Shown here piece after piece: positions 1 through 13,249 of a DNA stretch of 64,000 nucleotides. This stretch comes from Vitrella brassicaformis CCMP3155 (Eukaryota; Protista; Chromerida). The stretch covers positions 62,001 through 126,000 of the forward strand of contig CDMY01000214.1 in assembly GCA_001179505.1 (NCBI GenBank), read 5' to 3'. How positions within the stretch are numbered: position 1 is the stretch's first letter; each line of letters begins with the position of its first letter. Made by a program: the position numbers and the translations under genes. A model generated the notes under the pieces. That model was not told where the DNA came from and did not search any database. It saw only the letters and a list, made by a program, of their open reading frames with translations.

Positions 1-1011
1 AATGCTGGTGTTGCCGAAGAGCATGGCCTCCATGCTCGGGGGGAAGGAGACGGGGACGGAGGCAGCACTGTCGGTGTTCTTGTCAGACGACTGGTGTGGC
101 TGCAGGTGGGTTAGGAAGTCCTGCAGGACGACTTGGGCTGAGATCTGGTCGGCTATGGCGTGGTTGAAGAGCCACACCAGTGCCGACCGGCCGGCAGATG
201 GGCTGTGGATGACATGCAGCCGCCACAAAGGGGCATCATGGGCAAACGTCACACCTGCATACATGTAGAAAGGCCATGTCCGCTGTGGCGGTTGCAGATT
301 TTCTCTGCTCTTATCTCACCGTCAATCATGCCTTCAACAAGCGTCCGCCACTCCTTTCTCAGGTCCGTACCATCTCTCGTGTCCACATCCGCCCACACCA
401 GCGCCCTGTCCACCAGCTCATCAGCGGAGGCATCCAGCGGATAGAACCACGGCCATTCCTTGTCCTTCCGCCTGAGGAACTCATTGCCCGCAGGCAGCTC
501 CGCTATCTGCACGCGCAGCAGCGGATGCATTGACACCGCTCGCCTCAGCGCACGGCGCACGTCGTCTCGCGTAAGCGACGATGTCCCACTCAGCTCGTCC
601 ACAGAAAAACCAGCCACTGATAAAGGGGCGTCTTTGTCGTTGCGTTGGGTCTTGGTGAGGAGTCGCTCCCAGCTGCCGAGAGGGCGGATGTAGGTGGGAC
701 TGGAGGAGCCTGTGATGGGTGCTGGCGGCTGCTCGACTGCAGGTATCTGCCTGTCCGGCGATGCTGAGGGAAGAGGCGTGACCTGCATCGTTGACAGGCA
801 ACGCATTCATCCATCTGGTGAGTCAGACAGATGGAGGGCCGTGTGTGTATGTGTTGCTGTCCAGCTCATCACCCACCTGTCTGCGTCCGCGTGTTGAAGC
901 GCGTCGGTGACGGCTGGGCTGCCACGGCTTCAGGAAAGCGCCTCGAGTGCTCAGATCTGCATCGACCACACCGGCAACGAGCCCCAGGAGCCACCATAGC
1001 TGGAATAACAT
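1..1011 (-). CDS. CoA-dependent acyltransferase (HxxxD; condensation/alcohol-acetyltransferase/PapA-like), probably plastid-targeted; 3' part runs off the window
   Basis: Exons 1011-877, 782-320 and 254-<1 join in frame over GT-AG introns: MLFQLWWLLGLVAGVVDA-DLSTRGAFLKPWQ...YIRPLGSWERLL...RRAVSMHPLLRVQI...PLWRLHVI...LVWLFNHAIADQISAQVVLQDFL. The HAIAD motif and the HPLLR segment fit this fold. Confidence 0.7.
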
Positions 1012-1391
1012 GGAGCTCCACGCCTCAACGCCCCATAGCCATCCACCCACTACTCCGTCCTCCGGTGGCGCCGATCTCGCCGAGGCCACGAGTCGTGGAA
1101 AAGGGCTTTTCGCTCACAAAATGTCCATCTATTTCTGCCGGCAGGCTGAACATGGTCACAACACGACGGATCTTCTCCGGTTTTCTTCGCGAGGAGGATC
1201 GTTTGCGAGCTCGCAGGTTTTCGGGGGGGGTGAAGGGGGCGTTTGAGTCTCAGCGCCACCAGACAAAGGTCCAGCTGAGAGATTCGTGGCGAATCAGCGA
1301 GTCCAGTGGCCGTCTCCTTGCCTGAGCAGCGAAGCATCGCCTCTATCGGCCTGTCTGACTCTCTGAGCACAGCTTCAGCATCGTCAGCATC

Positions 1392-3584
1392 ATGTCGTCT
1401 GTCCCCAACATGCAGGCCTTCGCCACGGGCGGCCTCATGGTGAGCACAAAGAAGGCTCACACAGAGAAACGGACACACAGCCAGTCAGGCCGTCACACTC
1501 GGTGTCTCTATGTGTGCCTCCCTCCCCCTTTCTGCCTGTCTGCAGCCGCCAGGGGGTATGCCGACGCCCAACGCGCAGCTGTTCCAAAGCCTGCCTGCTG
1601 GTGGGATGCCTGGCGCGTCACAGATGGGCGGCGGCATGGGACCGATGGGAGGCGGCATGGGCAGCATGGGCGGCATGGCAGGTGCGCCTGGCGCGATGCA
1701 ATCGATGCCGCCGATGCAGCAGCAGCAGCCTCCACAGATGGGTCCAGGAGGTGGCATGATGAGTGGTCCTGCGCAGCCAGATATGTCGTCGATGATGGGC
1801 ATGGGTGCGGGCGGCGGCATGGCTGGGCCGGGCGGCATCTCGCCCCAGCAGCAACAGCAGGCGGCCATGGGGGGCGCCGGGATGGGCATGAGCATGGGCA
1901 TGATGCCTCCCCAACAGCAGCAGCCACAGCAGCCGATGATGCCCCAGCAGCAGATGGGCGGGCCGGGGATGATGTCACAGATGGGCTCCCAGATGGGATC
2001 TCAGATGGGCATGGCTGCGGCCATGGGAGGCGGCCCGCGGCTGATCCTCAACCAGCAGGAGATCCCCTTCTACCAAAACCTTTTCAGGTCAGAGAGTGAG
2101 TGCGTGTGAGCGTCCTGCGCCAGTGTGCTGTGTCATCTCTGTGTTGTTTGTGTGTTTGTTGTGTCAGTATGGCTGACCCGGACGGCCTTGGGTTCATCCA
2201 GGGCACCAATGCGGCCGAGTTCCTGCGCACATCGGGACTCCCACACCACCTGCTGCACGAGGCAAGCATGCAACAAGACCCACAACTCTCACGACACACG
2301 CACCCATGTCCGTTGTATGTTTGTATGCGTGTGTGGCTGTGGTTGTGGTTGTGTTGGTGCAGATATGGCGCATCGCTGATGCCAAGAAGGAGGGCCGGTT
2401 GGGCCCTGAGGAGTTTTTCGTGGCCTGCCGGCTGGTGGCCCTCGCACAGAACGGCATGCCCGTCACGCCTGAGGCCGTCATGCAGGGTGAGGGAGTCAGA
2501 GAAAGAGTGATAGAGATCCATCCCATCCACCCACCAAGACGCTGCGCACCGATGGATGTGCTTCATGTGTCTGTCAGAGCCGCCCGCTTTGCCCAACTTC
2601 GACGTATTGCGCAAGCGGCCGCCCTCCGAGGCCTCTGCACAAGAGGTGACTACACCACACGACACTGCCGAGCCCACAACACGGCCCACAACGCAACATA
2701 AACTCTCTCTGTGGATCAGGTTGGTGGCCAGGTGGGTATGCCATTGCCGATGGGTGCGACGGACATGCAGTCGGTGATGGGGATGGGGTCGATGATGGAC
2801 CCCACCCTGGCGGCAGCGGCGCTGGCCAGCGGCGGGGAGGGGCCGTCCACTCCACCGATGCTCAGCCCCGTCAACCTCACACCACAGCAACCCGGTGCGC
2901 CTATACTCAGTGACGTGTGTGGGGGGGGGGTGGATCTGTTGTGTATGTGTGTGGGGTGTGTGTGTGTGGTGCAGGGACTCCTGTGTTGCTGTCACAAGGT
3001 GGGTGGGCAGACAGACAGACATGGAGGCCTCCAATGACGATCCCATGTGTGTGTCGTTCGTTTGTTGTGATTGCCATCCGCCTCAATATAATCAATCAGG
3101 TCAGCTGGGCGGCCTGACGCCCCGCTCAGAGGGAGCTTCCCAGTGGCTCGAAATGATGGTACGTCACCACAGAGCAGAGAACCGCGCCACACAACACAAC
3201 ACAACACACCCATCTCTGTCCCTCCGCACACACACCCACACACCCACACACATATGCAGGGCGGTTCTTTGCCCGGCACCCCTCCCGGCGGCACGTTGTG
3301 GAGCATCAGCGACAAGGACCGTGACAAGTACAAGGCCATCTTCTACAAGACCGACAAGAATGCCGACGGGTTCGTCGAGGCGCAGGAGGCCAAGGAGCTC
3401 CTGTCCAGGAGCAAGCTGCCCGACCAGCCTGACCTGGCTCAGATATGGTCAGACAGAGAGGGAGGGAGGGAGGGGGGGAGTAGTGTGTGTGTGTGTGTGT
3501 ATGTGTAGGACGTTGTCTGATTTTGACAAGGATGGCCGACTCAACATGAACGAATTCCTCGTGGCGATGCACCTGGTAACCACA

Positions 3585-3617
<33 letters not shown>

Positions 3618-5344
3618 GGAGAGAGAGAGGGAGCACCTTTCTCTTGATCTGTGTTTTGTCATTTTGTGTGTGTGTGTGTGTGTGTGGTTCAGGTGACGAA
3701 GCGCAAGAAGGGCGCGCCCATCCCTCGCACACTGCCGCCCGAACTAGTCGCCGTAAGACACACCACCTTGCACACATCACAGTCACTTGCCCCGCACTCT
3801 CTCGTCGTGTCTTCTCTGCCCTCTCCAGGTGATTCAAGGCATCGAGCCGGTACGCCACAACACTCACACACACACACACACAGCCAGATAACATAACGAC
3901 ACACTGCACAACACACATCATGTGTGTCATGCCTGCCAGTCTCCCATGGCCCTGCCCGAGCCAGCAGCCGTCTCACCACCTCAGACACAGGCGTAAGTAC
4001 AAAATGGATGGACACACTCCACTCTTTCGTCTGTCTCGTTTGCTGTCATCCCATCGAATCGGTCAGTGCGCTTCGCGAGCCCTCCCCTCCGCCAGCCAAG
4101 CCCTCGCCGCCAGCCGACGAGTCAGCTGCCTTCGACTTCTTCGCCGCAGCGGTGAGCGACGAGCCATCCTACAGAAGCCACCCAGACAGCACACCTCTTG
4201 ACACACACGTGTGTGTGTTTGTGTGTCAGGAGGCGCCCAGCAAGGAGGTCAAGAAGAGGGGCAAGAAGGCTGCTGCTGCCGCTGCTGAGAAGGAGGAGCA
4301 GGCTGCAGCGGGGTTTGGCGACACATTCGGGGCCGCTGCGGTGAGCGAGCACCTACCGTCCATCCAGCGAACTAACCATCCATCCCGGTGCATCCGCGTG
4401 TGTGTGTTGATGTTTGTGTGACCTCCATCCATCCATCCGCAGGGTGGGGGCGAGTGGGGTGGCGGTGAGGGCTTTGCGCCCTTTGAGTCGCAGTTCGAGT
4501 CACAGGAAGGGGTAAGTGGGTAGCCATCCACCCTCTCACTCACTCACTCACTGAGCCCCGGCTCATACACTTCACAAACTGTCTGTCTGTCTGTCTGCCC
4601 CATGTGTCTGTCACTCAGGGTTTTGCCCCCGGTGGGTTTGAGGAGGCGCCTCCGCCCGAGGGAAGGAAGAAGGGACGCGCCAAGCGCGACAAGGAAACGG
4701 CACGACAGCAGGACGAGTACGAGAGACCACTCAAGTCGCATCCCTCACAGACACACACATACACCTCCACCTCTGTGTGTGTGTGTGTGTGTTGTCGACA
4801 CACCCAGGGATTATGGCTATGACGATCGTCGCCGTGAGCGTGACAGGCGTGCCGACAGGGAGAGGCTGGCCGTCAAGCCGTGGGACTCGGGCACCGCCGT
4901 GCTCGAGGGAATCATCGAGGTACGCGACCTTACACACCCAATCACCCACACACACGATGGATGATCCACACACACACACGTATATGTCTGGGTGTGTGTG
5001 TCTGTGTGTGGCCATGCAATGCAGGCCGACAAGCAGATATCGCGCAACATCCGTCTAGACGTCGACGACCAGGAGGACGAGCTCGGCGGGCTCAAGAAGA
5101 TGTCAGACCAACTCAAAGCTGAACTGGTACCCCCCCGCCCTGGAAACATGCACACGGTCACATCAAGCGCGTGTGTGTGTGTGTGTGTTTGGTGTAGATC
5201 CGCGAGCGTGGTGAGGTTGAGCATCAGCTGCGTCGGAAGCGCGAATTTGAGGGTCAGATACAGGACCTCAGGATACAGCTGGAGGGACTCAAAGAGGAAC
5301 GCCGGAAGGTACCATTCACACACATCCCCCCACACACAGCCCCT

Positions 5345-5375
<31 letters not shown>

Positions 5376-8328
5376 GCTTACACAGATACGTCTCTCTGTG
5401 TATTGTGTGCCTCTGTGTGTGTGTGTGTGTGCACCTTTGTGTGTGTGGCAGACTGACATAGAGAAGATCTCCTTGAGTCGCGACATGGACCACTACCAGG
5501 AGGAGATTGTCTTCCTCCGGCGCCAGATACAGGACCAGCACGCTGACCTCTCGCTGCTCAGCGAATCAAACACCGTACGTCACACGTCGGCCTGCCTCCA
5601 CCCACCCAGCCATATATAATGGCTATGTGTGTGTGTGTGTGTGTTTGTGTCTGTGTGTGCGGGGGCTCAGGTGCTGGAGAAGAACTACCACAGCAGCGAG
5701 AACCAAGTCCGACAGCTGGACATCTCACGAAGGTAATAAACCAAACCAGGTGGTCACACGCACACACACCGGTGACGCCTCTGTGTGTCCATACATAGGA
5801 ATGTGCTGGAGGCAGTGCGGGCTGAGAAGGAGCAGCTCCAAAAGGAGGAGAGAGAGATCAACGAAATGAAGGTACGCCAGCCGGGCAAATGCCCCCTCCC
5901 ACCAACCCACATCTCTGTCTGTCTGTCTGTCTGTGTGTCTGTCTGTCTGCAGCAACAGCTGGATCGCATGCGCCGCGAGAAGGAGGACGCCCAGTCCAAA
6001 CAGGCCGTCCTGCAGGAGAAAGTCAGACAGGTGAGCACCTTAGCTATCGCCTCACAACACAACACGTCACTTGATGTGCGCTGGCTGCGTGAGTTGAGTG
6101 CCCACCCCACCCTCCGTCAAGTCAACACACACTCACACTCACACACACCCTCGTAGACAGACCCGCTCGGCAGCCAGTCAGCTCAGCCAGTCAGCCCTGC
6201 AAGTACTTAGGAGAGGGCAGGAAGCAGAGCAGCAGACAGAGGGCAGGCAGGCAGGCCATGTGTGGTGTGAACGTACTGATTCGTTGCTCGATTGGACTCG
6301 TCCATGTCGGCCTGCCTGCCTGCCCTCTGTCTGCTGCTGTAGGCTGACCAGGACAGGACGTTGCTAATGTGTTCGTTGGAGAGCGAGCGGTCCAAGCTCG
6401 CTGAGATGCGCCACGAGCGCATCCGACTCGCTGAGGAGAAACAGCAACTCACCAGAGATATGACCAGCCTCGCACAGGCAGGCCTTTCGTCCCATCCCCC
6501 CATTTTGTGCACTCCATGATGTGTCTATGTGTGCGTGTTGATGGTCCATCCATTGCCTTGTGGATCCCTCTCTCTCTCCCTGTGTGTGTGTGTGTCTTGT
6601 CTCTGTGTGTGCAGCAACAGTGGATGCAGTCCCGCGCGGCGGCGAGTGCGCTCTCCCAGCCGTTAGGCGACGCGCGGCCATACCAATCCACTTCACGCGT
6701 CGAAGTGCTCACGGTCAGTGGAGCACCACACACACACACACACACACCGATATCGGCGTGTGTGTGTGCATCATCCATTTCTGGTGTGGTCGTGTGTGTG
6801 TGTGTGTAGGGTGGTGCGAGCCATTCCTGGGCCAACTCGGTGCTCACCGGGGCGCCCGCACGGGTAACGAGACAGACACGCCGACACACTCGGGATTATC
6901 GCGTGTGGTGCTGCGTGTGTGGATGCGATCAATCAATCAATCAGGACTCCAAGGGGGTGCCGGCCGGTGCCCCGAGTGTGCCACCTTCCCCCGGCCAGTT
7001 TGCGTCACACGCAGGCACCATCACACCCGACGTGAGTGCCAGCACAGCACACCCACAAAAACAGCACACCTGCACAGAGACCAGACCATTCTGTGATCGA
7101 TGTCATCACACAGAGTGCCCGTCTGGCATCGGCCCCTCCCGCCCAGTGGACCTCCTTCGGCACCCGGACACAGCCGGAGAGGAGGGGCGTGGACCCCACT
7201 TTCTTCTCGTCCGCAGGGGGTGGCGCACGGGACACTGACAAAATGGTAATGGTACGCACTCATGGATTGGATACACTGACTGCAGTGGCACACCACACCA
7301 TGTCACCGTGAGATGAGTGTGTTCTGGGGGTGGTACAGGTTGAGGGCGGTCGGTTGGGGAGCCGTCGTGACGACATCGAGTTCGGCCGGCAGCGGTTTGA
7401 CAGCGACCGGGGCGGCCGGGGGACGGGGCTGTCGTCGCCGGCCATTCACAGCCCGACGCCAACTTTCAGCGGGGTAAATAAGACAGCCATTGAGCACACA
7501 AATTGTCCCCTCTCTGTGATCGTGTTGTGGTTGTCTTGCGTGTGTCATCCATCCATCCATCAGAGTCTGTCGAACCGTGACCGTGACCGCGACCGCGACA
7601 GCCACAAGAGCACTTCCCCTGACAGATCGGACAAGAAACGAGGTCAGCCAGTGCTAATCACACACACACACACATACACACAGCCTGTGTGTGTGTGCGT
7701 GTGTGTAGGTGAGGACAGCAGCCTGACGGCAGATGGGTTCGGCCCCTCCCTCGACGAAGCCCCCCGACCCGCCGGCAAAAGCGGACGCAAAAAGGGCAAA
7801 AAGAAAGCCGCCGAAGAAACCGAGGTATATTATGTCCCCTCCCCGCTGGTCCCCCACTCACGGCACGGAACACACTCCCTCTGTTTCTGCGTGCGTGTGC
7901 GTGGACGTGATGTGCTGCAGGTGGTCGATTTCGCTGCTGGCTTCAATGCTGGTCTTGGCGGCGGCGGGGGGTTCGACAATTTCGACCAGCCGGGCGGTGT
8001 GGGCGGCGGTGGGTTTGGCGCGACCATGACGGCGACCACGACCAACACCAACACGGCCAATGGTGGCAAGAAGGACAACACCGCTGAGAAGGGGGGAGAG
8101 GGCAAGGGGGCCGACAAGAAGGGCACTGGCGGTGGTGGTGGTGGCGGTGAGGATGTGGACTTCGGCAACAGCGCAAACTGGAAGAGCTTCTCTGAAAACG
8201 GTAAGCTGTGTGAGGGAGGGAGAGGGGCGCATGGAGGACAGACAGATGGGCATGTGCGTGTGTGTGTGTGGTGTGTGTTTGTTCTAGGGATGGAGACGCC
8301 CTCGTTCGGTGGCCGGCCCCCTCTGTGA
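1392..8328 (+). CDS. EPS15: Eps15-like endocytic adaptor (two EH domains, coiled coil, DF/F-rich tail)
   Basis: EH1 spliced: PFYQNLFSMADPDGLGFIQGTNAAEFLRTSGLPHHLLHEIWRIADAKKEGRLGPEEFFVACRLV. EH2: DKYKAIFYKTDKNADGFVEAQEAKELLSRSKLPDQPDLAQIWTLSDFDKDGRLNMNEFLVAMHLV. Heptad-rich exons at about 5.0-6.5 kb; C-terminal VDFAAGF, FDNFDQ and VDFGNSANW. The 3' end is provisional. Confidence 0.85.
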
Positions 8329-8980
8329 TGGCTTCATGCGTTTTATAAGCCACTGCCTGTGTGTGTGTGTGTGTGTGTATCTGCGAGTTGGACCAACACC
8401 GCCACAATTCAAAGGCAGTCTGCCTGCCTGCCTGCTTCGTTCACTTATTTACTGGCCAATTGACGAGAGGAGGAGTCGTTGCGTACCACATGAGTGTGTG
8501 TGCGTGGGAGAGTGATCAAGAGAGACGTTATCAGAGAGAGAGAGAGACACAGACCCGATTTCAACCTGACACTTTTGATTGGAGAGAGAGAGAGAGAGAG
8601 AGAGACCGACCGGTGCTCACTTTATCCACCTGTGTGTGAGTGTGTGCGTTCCTCTTCTCACAAGGCACCACTGGGCTGTTTCCATGGCGAACAGGCGACG
8701 AATGATGGTCTCTCTGCTATTGTGAGAGTCCGTCACACGTTGCCAGCCGCGGGATGGAAACAGACCAGCGATGCCATCGATGGACAGACAGGAGACTCTG
8801 AGGAGAGAGATGCCGACAAGAAATGAACGTGATGCCTGCGGGGTGTCACGGTCAGGGTGGATCTGCTGTGCTGTGCCACGAGGGAGATAAGTCTTGATAT
8901 GCCTTTTGTGCCGGTTTGCGTCATCCTTGCCTGTGTGGTGGGCGTGCTGTGGGGGGATGTTATCTGCGTGTCGGTCATGT

Positions 8981-10319
8981 TCAGCCGTTTCCCATGATCC
9001 ACGGGGGACGGCTGCAGGTGACTGACACGCGCATACCCAACCACAGCCACACACTCACAGCACAGCTGACTTACCAACTCGACTCGACTTGATGGTGCGT
9101 GCCGTGCTCACTCCTCCATTCATTCTGTTCGCACCCAGCCACATAGCTACTGTCCATATGTCTGTACCCATTATACACACTCCCCGACCAACGAACCAAC
9201 AGACAAGACCCAAACACACCTCCCCTCTGCCTGCCTGTCTGTCTGTCTGTCTGTCTGCCTATCCCTCGCACCCCGTGCACACGTTGATGGCAGCGTCGAG
9301 CATCTCGATGATGGGCCCCAGCAGCCCTCGGCCGTGCGCATGGTCATCCACATACGCACTCGACAAACGGTCCGCCTGACACACACACACACACGCACAC
9401 ACACCACACGTCTCCAAGCAAACATATGTGTGTGTCATCTCACCGCCGACTTACCAGCGCCTCTTGCACGTCTTCCTTCACGCGGTGAAGGGCATGCAGC
9501 AACACGCGCTGGCGGGCCACCTGCACACACCATACACATGATCCGATCTGCTCTCTGTGTGAGTGTGCTCATGTATGGCGTACATCGTCGGTCTGTGTGT
9601 TCCAGACGAGAGGCAGCAGGGCACTGGCGACATGCATCTTGTCCTTTGCCTCACGAACCATCGCCTTCGGGACCTTTGGATCAACCTCTCTCTTTGCCGC
9701 ACCTGACAGAGAGACAGACAGACAGGCAGACAGACAGACACCGATGGATGCCATCCATCTGCACGTGTGTGGTCCTCACCTCTGCGGCTGCTGGGGTGGT
9801 TGGTGAGGAACCGGATATCGTCAGAGTGCAGACGCACCGACGATCGTAGCAAGGGACCAGTCGTCTCATCGTCACACAGCCCATCAACCATCCGCCCGCA
9901 TGGTGGTGGCGCTTCATCGGTCGGCTGCCCTGCTGCCACCGGTGCCTCTGCCTTTGCTGGGTCCGTTGTGTCTGCCAGCCTCAGAGCGCACCGAAACTCA
10001 CGGCAGTGCCGCTTGGACGGAAATCCATCACCCTCAGCACCAGCCTCGCCCTTGTGAGCAGCAGGAGCATCAGAGTCTCCTCCCGGCATCAGATCACGGT
10101 CCAGATCAGCCATCTCGCGTGTCCGTTTGCTGCTGTCGCCATCATGCGTCATCCTCTCTATGGTGTTGATGGCGTGGTTATTGAGCCGGTGGATGAGCAG
10201 CACTTGGGGCGAGTCGGGCAGCGCTGGCGGGGGTGGTGAGAAGACGTCCGCCGTGGCCAGGAGGTTACATGAGAGCGGCACGGATCGGGCAATGGCAAGC
10301 GCGTCGCGGCCCTGACACA

Positions 10320-10357
<38 letters not shown>

Positions 10358-11523
10358 CAGAGGGAGAGAGAGGACAACAGGTGTGTGGTTGTCCTGCATT
10401 GCTCTCTCTTGATTCTCACGTGTGAGGGTGGTTTCGGCAGTGGCAGGTTCCGCAGCATCGGTGTCTCGATCATTTCCATCTCCACTCTCTTGGCCGCATC
10501 GGCCGTCCACCCCTCCCCACCCTCCCTCATCTGCCCCACGAGCATCCTGTAGTAGCCGCTGCGGAAGAACCTCTGCCAGAAGACCCTGTGCGGCATCCTC
10601 ACCGGCACGTACTCGTCGTAGCGGCACCTGAGCTCCGGCAGCTCCGCCAGCAGCACACGCAGCTCATCGTCCATATCAATGCTCGTCCCCTTGGAAGCGT
10701 ACGCAGCATCGTCATGACCCCAGCCGTGATGGATCGGCGCGCACGTGAAGGGCAGCTCGTCACTGACGCGTTCGTCGCTCTCTTGCAGCAAGAGTCGCTC
10801 GGCAGAGAGGCGGTCTTGATGGAGTGACCAGAAGTGGTCAGGGGAGAGGACGGCCGGCACCAGGGCCTGGTAGGTGTGACGCAGGCCGTCATTGGTTGCC
10901 AGCAGATGGTCTCGCAGGCGCAGTTCCTCCCCACTGACAGTTGCGGGCACTTCCTCTGCCTCCGTTTCGCCAGACAATAATGCTGCATCATCCTGAACAG
11001 CCTCTTCTTTCCCGTCAGCATCACCACCAGCAGCGGCAGCGGCAGCGGCAGCCACAAGCCCTTCATCGCTTTCTCTACTTTTCTTCGCCTCGTTCGCCTC
11101 TCTGAGCCGCTTGAGCAGGTACTGATGCACCTCCTGACACTCGGCATGCCGCAGCCCGCCCTCAGATGCCAGGAACTCGACCTGTATCGCCCTGGTCCGC
11201 AGCTGAATGCGCAGGTGGGCGGGGGCCGTGGCGTCAGCGGGGTCGACCTTGCTCTTGTGGACGCCCTCAATCTCCTCGTGTGCGGCCTCCAGCTCCACTC
11301 GCGGCCTCGGCGGGCCTCTCTTGCCGTCGTCTTCGTAGCAGATGAACAGGATGCGCTTGTCGGTGAGCTGCAGATTGCCCCGCTTGGTCTTCCGCCGGCA
11401 CCAGTACTGCCCGATGGTCCTCTCCTCCTCATTGTTCTCGGAGTGGCTGAGATCTTGGTTGGATGAGAGGGATGACTCATTGCCATGCTCATTCATGCCT
11501 TCCGAGTCGCTTGGACACACCAT
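8981..11523 (-). CDS. GTF2H1: TFIIH subunit p62 (PH domain plus two BSD domains)
   Basis: N-terminal PH-like segment (RGNLQLTDKRILFICYE...IEGVHKSK...LRIQL) and two BSD repeats (LLATNDGLRHTYQALVPAVLSPDHFWSLH; LLAELPELRCRYDEYVPVRMPHRVFWQRFFRS). Start is 11523 or 11496; the last exons were inferred by eye. Confidence 0.75.
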
Positions 11524-11702
11524 ATCGCGGTCGCAGAAAACGGAGTGAGGAAACTTGCGAGCTGGGAAAGGAGGCGCTAAGCTCGCAGGCACGAAGACAA
11601 ATCGCAGAGCGCATCCCTGCGTGTGTTCACGCCAAGATGCGGCGTGGGATGGATCTGATGCTCGAAGAGCGGCGGCGGTCTTCGCCCGCACGCCCATCGC
11701 GG

Positions 11703-13249
11703 ATGCTCATCCTCTCCTTGGTGCTGACGATGATCCCAGCCCCCTCTCTGTCAGCCTTCCTCTCCCCCCGGCACCCCTCCGCAGCTCTGCACAGAACCAC
11801 ACGGCCACTCAGGCGGCAACAAGATGATCACGAGGACGTCGCCAAGGCCATCGACAGGAGGCGCATGCTCAACACGGCGCTCATCATGGGCTTCTTCGGC
11901 ACGCTCAACTTTGCGGGCGACCTGGCGCACGGCAACTCGCGGCCGGACGATTGGTTTGAGCCGGATGTGTCGACGGCGATTGGTGAGTATGAGCTCCTTC
12001 AGGACTTTCTGGAGCAGTTTGACAGTGGCAGTGGGAAGAGCTTCCCGCGAGACAACCTGCTGGCGGAGATCATCTTGCCGGTCGAGTACTCATTCCCGCC
12101 TGACGCTTTTGCTCGGCTGGATGAGAGCGATGACGGCAAGTTCTACGGTGAGGGGGTCAGGATGAGCATTTCACACGTATGCATGGACAAAGGACCTATG
12201 TGTGGTCGTGTGTTTGCGTGTGTTTGTATGTGTGTGTGCAGGGGAGCCACGCATTGTCCACCATATCGGTACGCAAGCCAACTCATGTGTGTGAATGCAT
12301 CTGTGTGTGCACTGCTCTGTTGCTCGTGTGGTTTGTCCCCGTGTGTGTGCAGACCAGGGTGCCCGCAAGGCGCTCACCGACTTTTATGCCGAGTATCTGC
12401 CCGTCCATGAGGGCATAGCATACCTCGACCTCTGCTCCTCATGGGTCTCCCACCTCCCCGATAACTTCAAACCAAAAGTAAGGAGCCAGCCGCCACACTT
12501 TTGCTTTGAAATGGATGGATGGATGTGTGTATGTGTGTGTATGTGTGTGTGTGTGTGTGTGTGTGTAGCGTGCTGTCGGGCTTGGGATGAATGCGTATGA
12601 GTTGGAGCAGAACGAGAGGCTCACCGAGTTCGTGGTGCAGGACCTCAACAAGAACCCCAAGCTGCCCTTCAAAGACAACTCGTTCGATGTCGTCACAAAC
12701 GTTGTCAGGTGGGTGTGCACAAGATGATAAACGAACGACAGCACAGCACAGCTTCCTTTGCATCTCTGTGTGTGTGTGAGTGCAGTGTGGATTACCTGGT
12801 CCGGCCGGTGGAGGTGTTTCGTGAGATGTATCGGATCCTCAAGCCGGGCGGGTGCGCCGTCATGAGCTTCAGCAACAGATGCTTCGTCTCTAAAGTAAGT
12901 GACCAAGCCGGCCTTCATGGGCACACAGGCGTGCACTTGTGCACTGCATTGATGTGTGGGTGCTCTGTGTGTGTGACTGGCACTGTCAGGCCATCAATTT
13001 GTGGCTAACGACGACCAATCTGCAGCACTGCGGAATCGTGGGCCTCTACTTCAAAATGACAGGTCAGTCAGTCCGCAATGAAGCGCAATACATCCAGCCC
13101 ACCTAGCACAGCCCAGCCGTGCAATCCCCCCCTCTCTCTGTGTCTGTGTATCTCGTGTAGGTTTTGACAACATCCAGGCGCGCGACCTGTCTGGTTGGGG
13201 GACCGACCCCATGTACGTGGTCTTCGCCGAGAAGGATGCGTCGTTCTGA
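11703..13249 (+). CDS. Class I SAM-dependent methyltransferase (type 11, cyanobacterial/plant plastid family)
   Basis: Spliced core: FARLDESDDGKFYGEPRIVHHIDQGARKALTDFY...YLDLCSSWVSHLP...GLGMNAYELEQN...VQDLNKNPKLPFKDNSFDVVTNVVSVDYLVRPVEVFREMYRILKPGG...FSNRCF. N-terminal signal peptide followed by SAF. Confidence 0.9.

Noticed and set aside
8640-8710. SH3-like GLFPW motif downstream of the Eps15-like gene (intersectin-type architecture)
   Set aside because: No ALYDY or WW elements could be spliced in frame, and a stop follows immediately.
9478-11697. 739-aa single-exon ORF as the true protein
   Set aside because: It reads through in-frame introns (CVCVCVC stretch) and starts well upstream of the plausible ATG; the spliced TFIIH p62 model is preferred.
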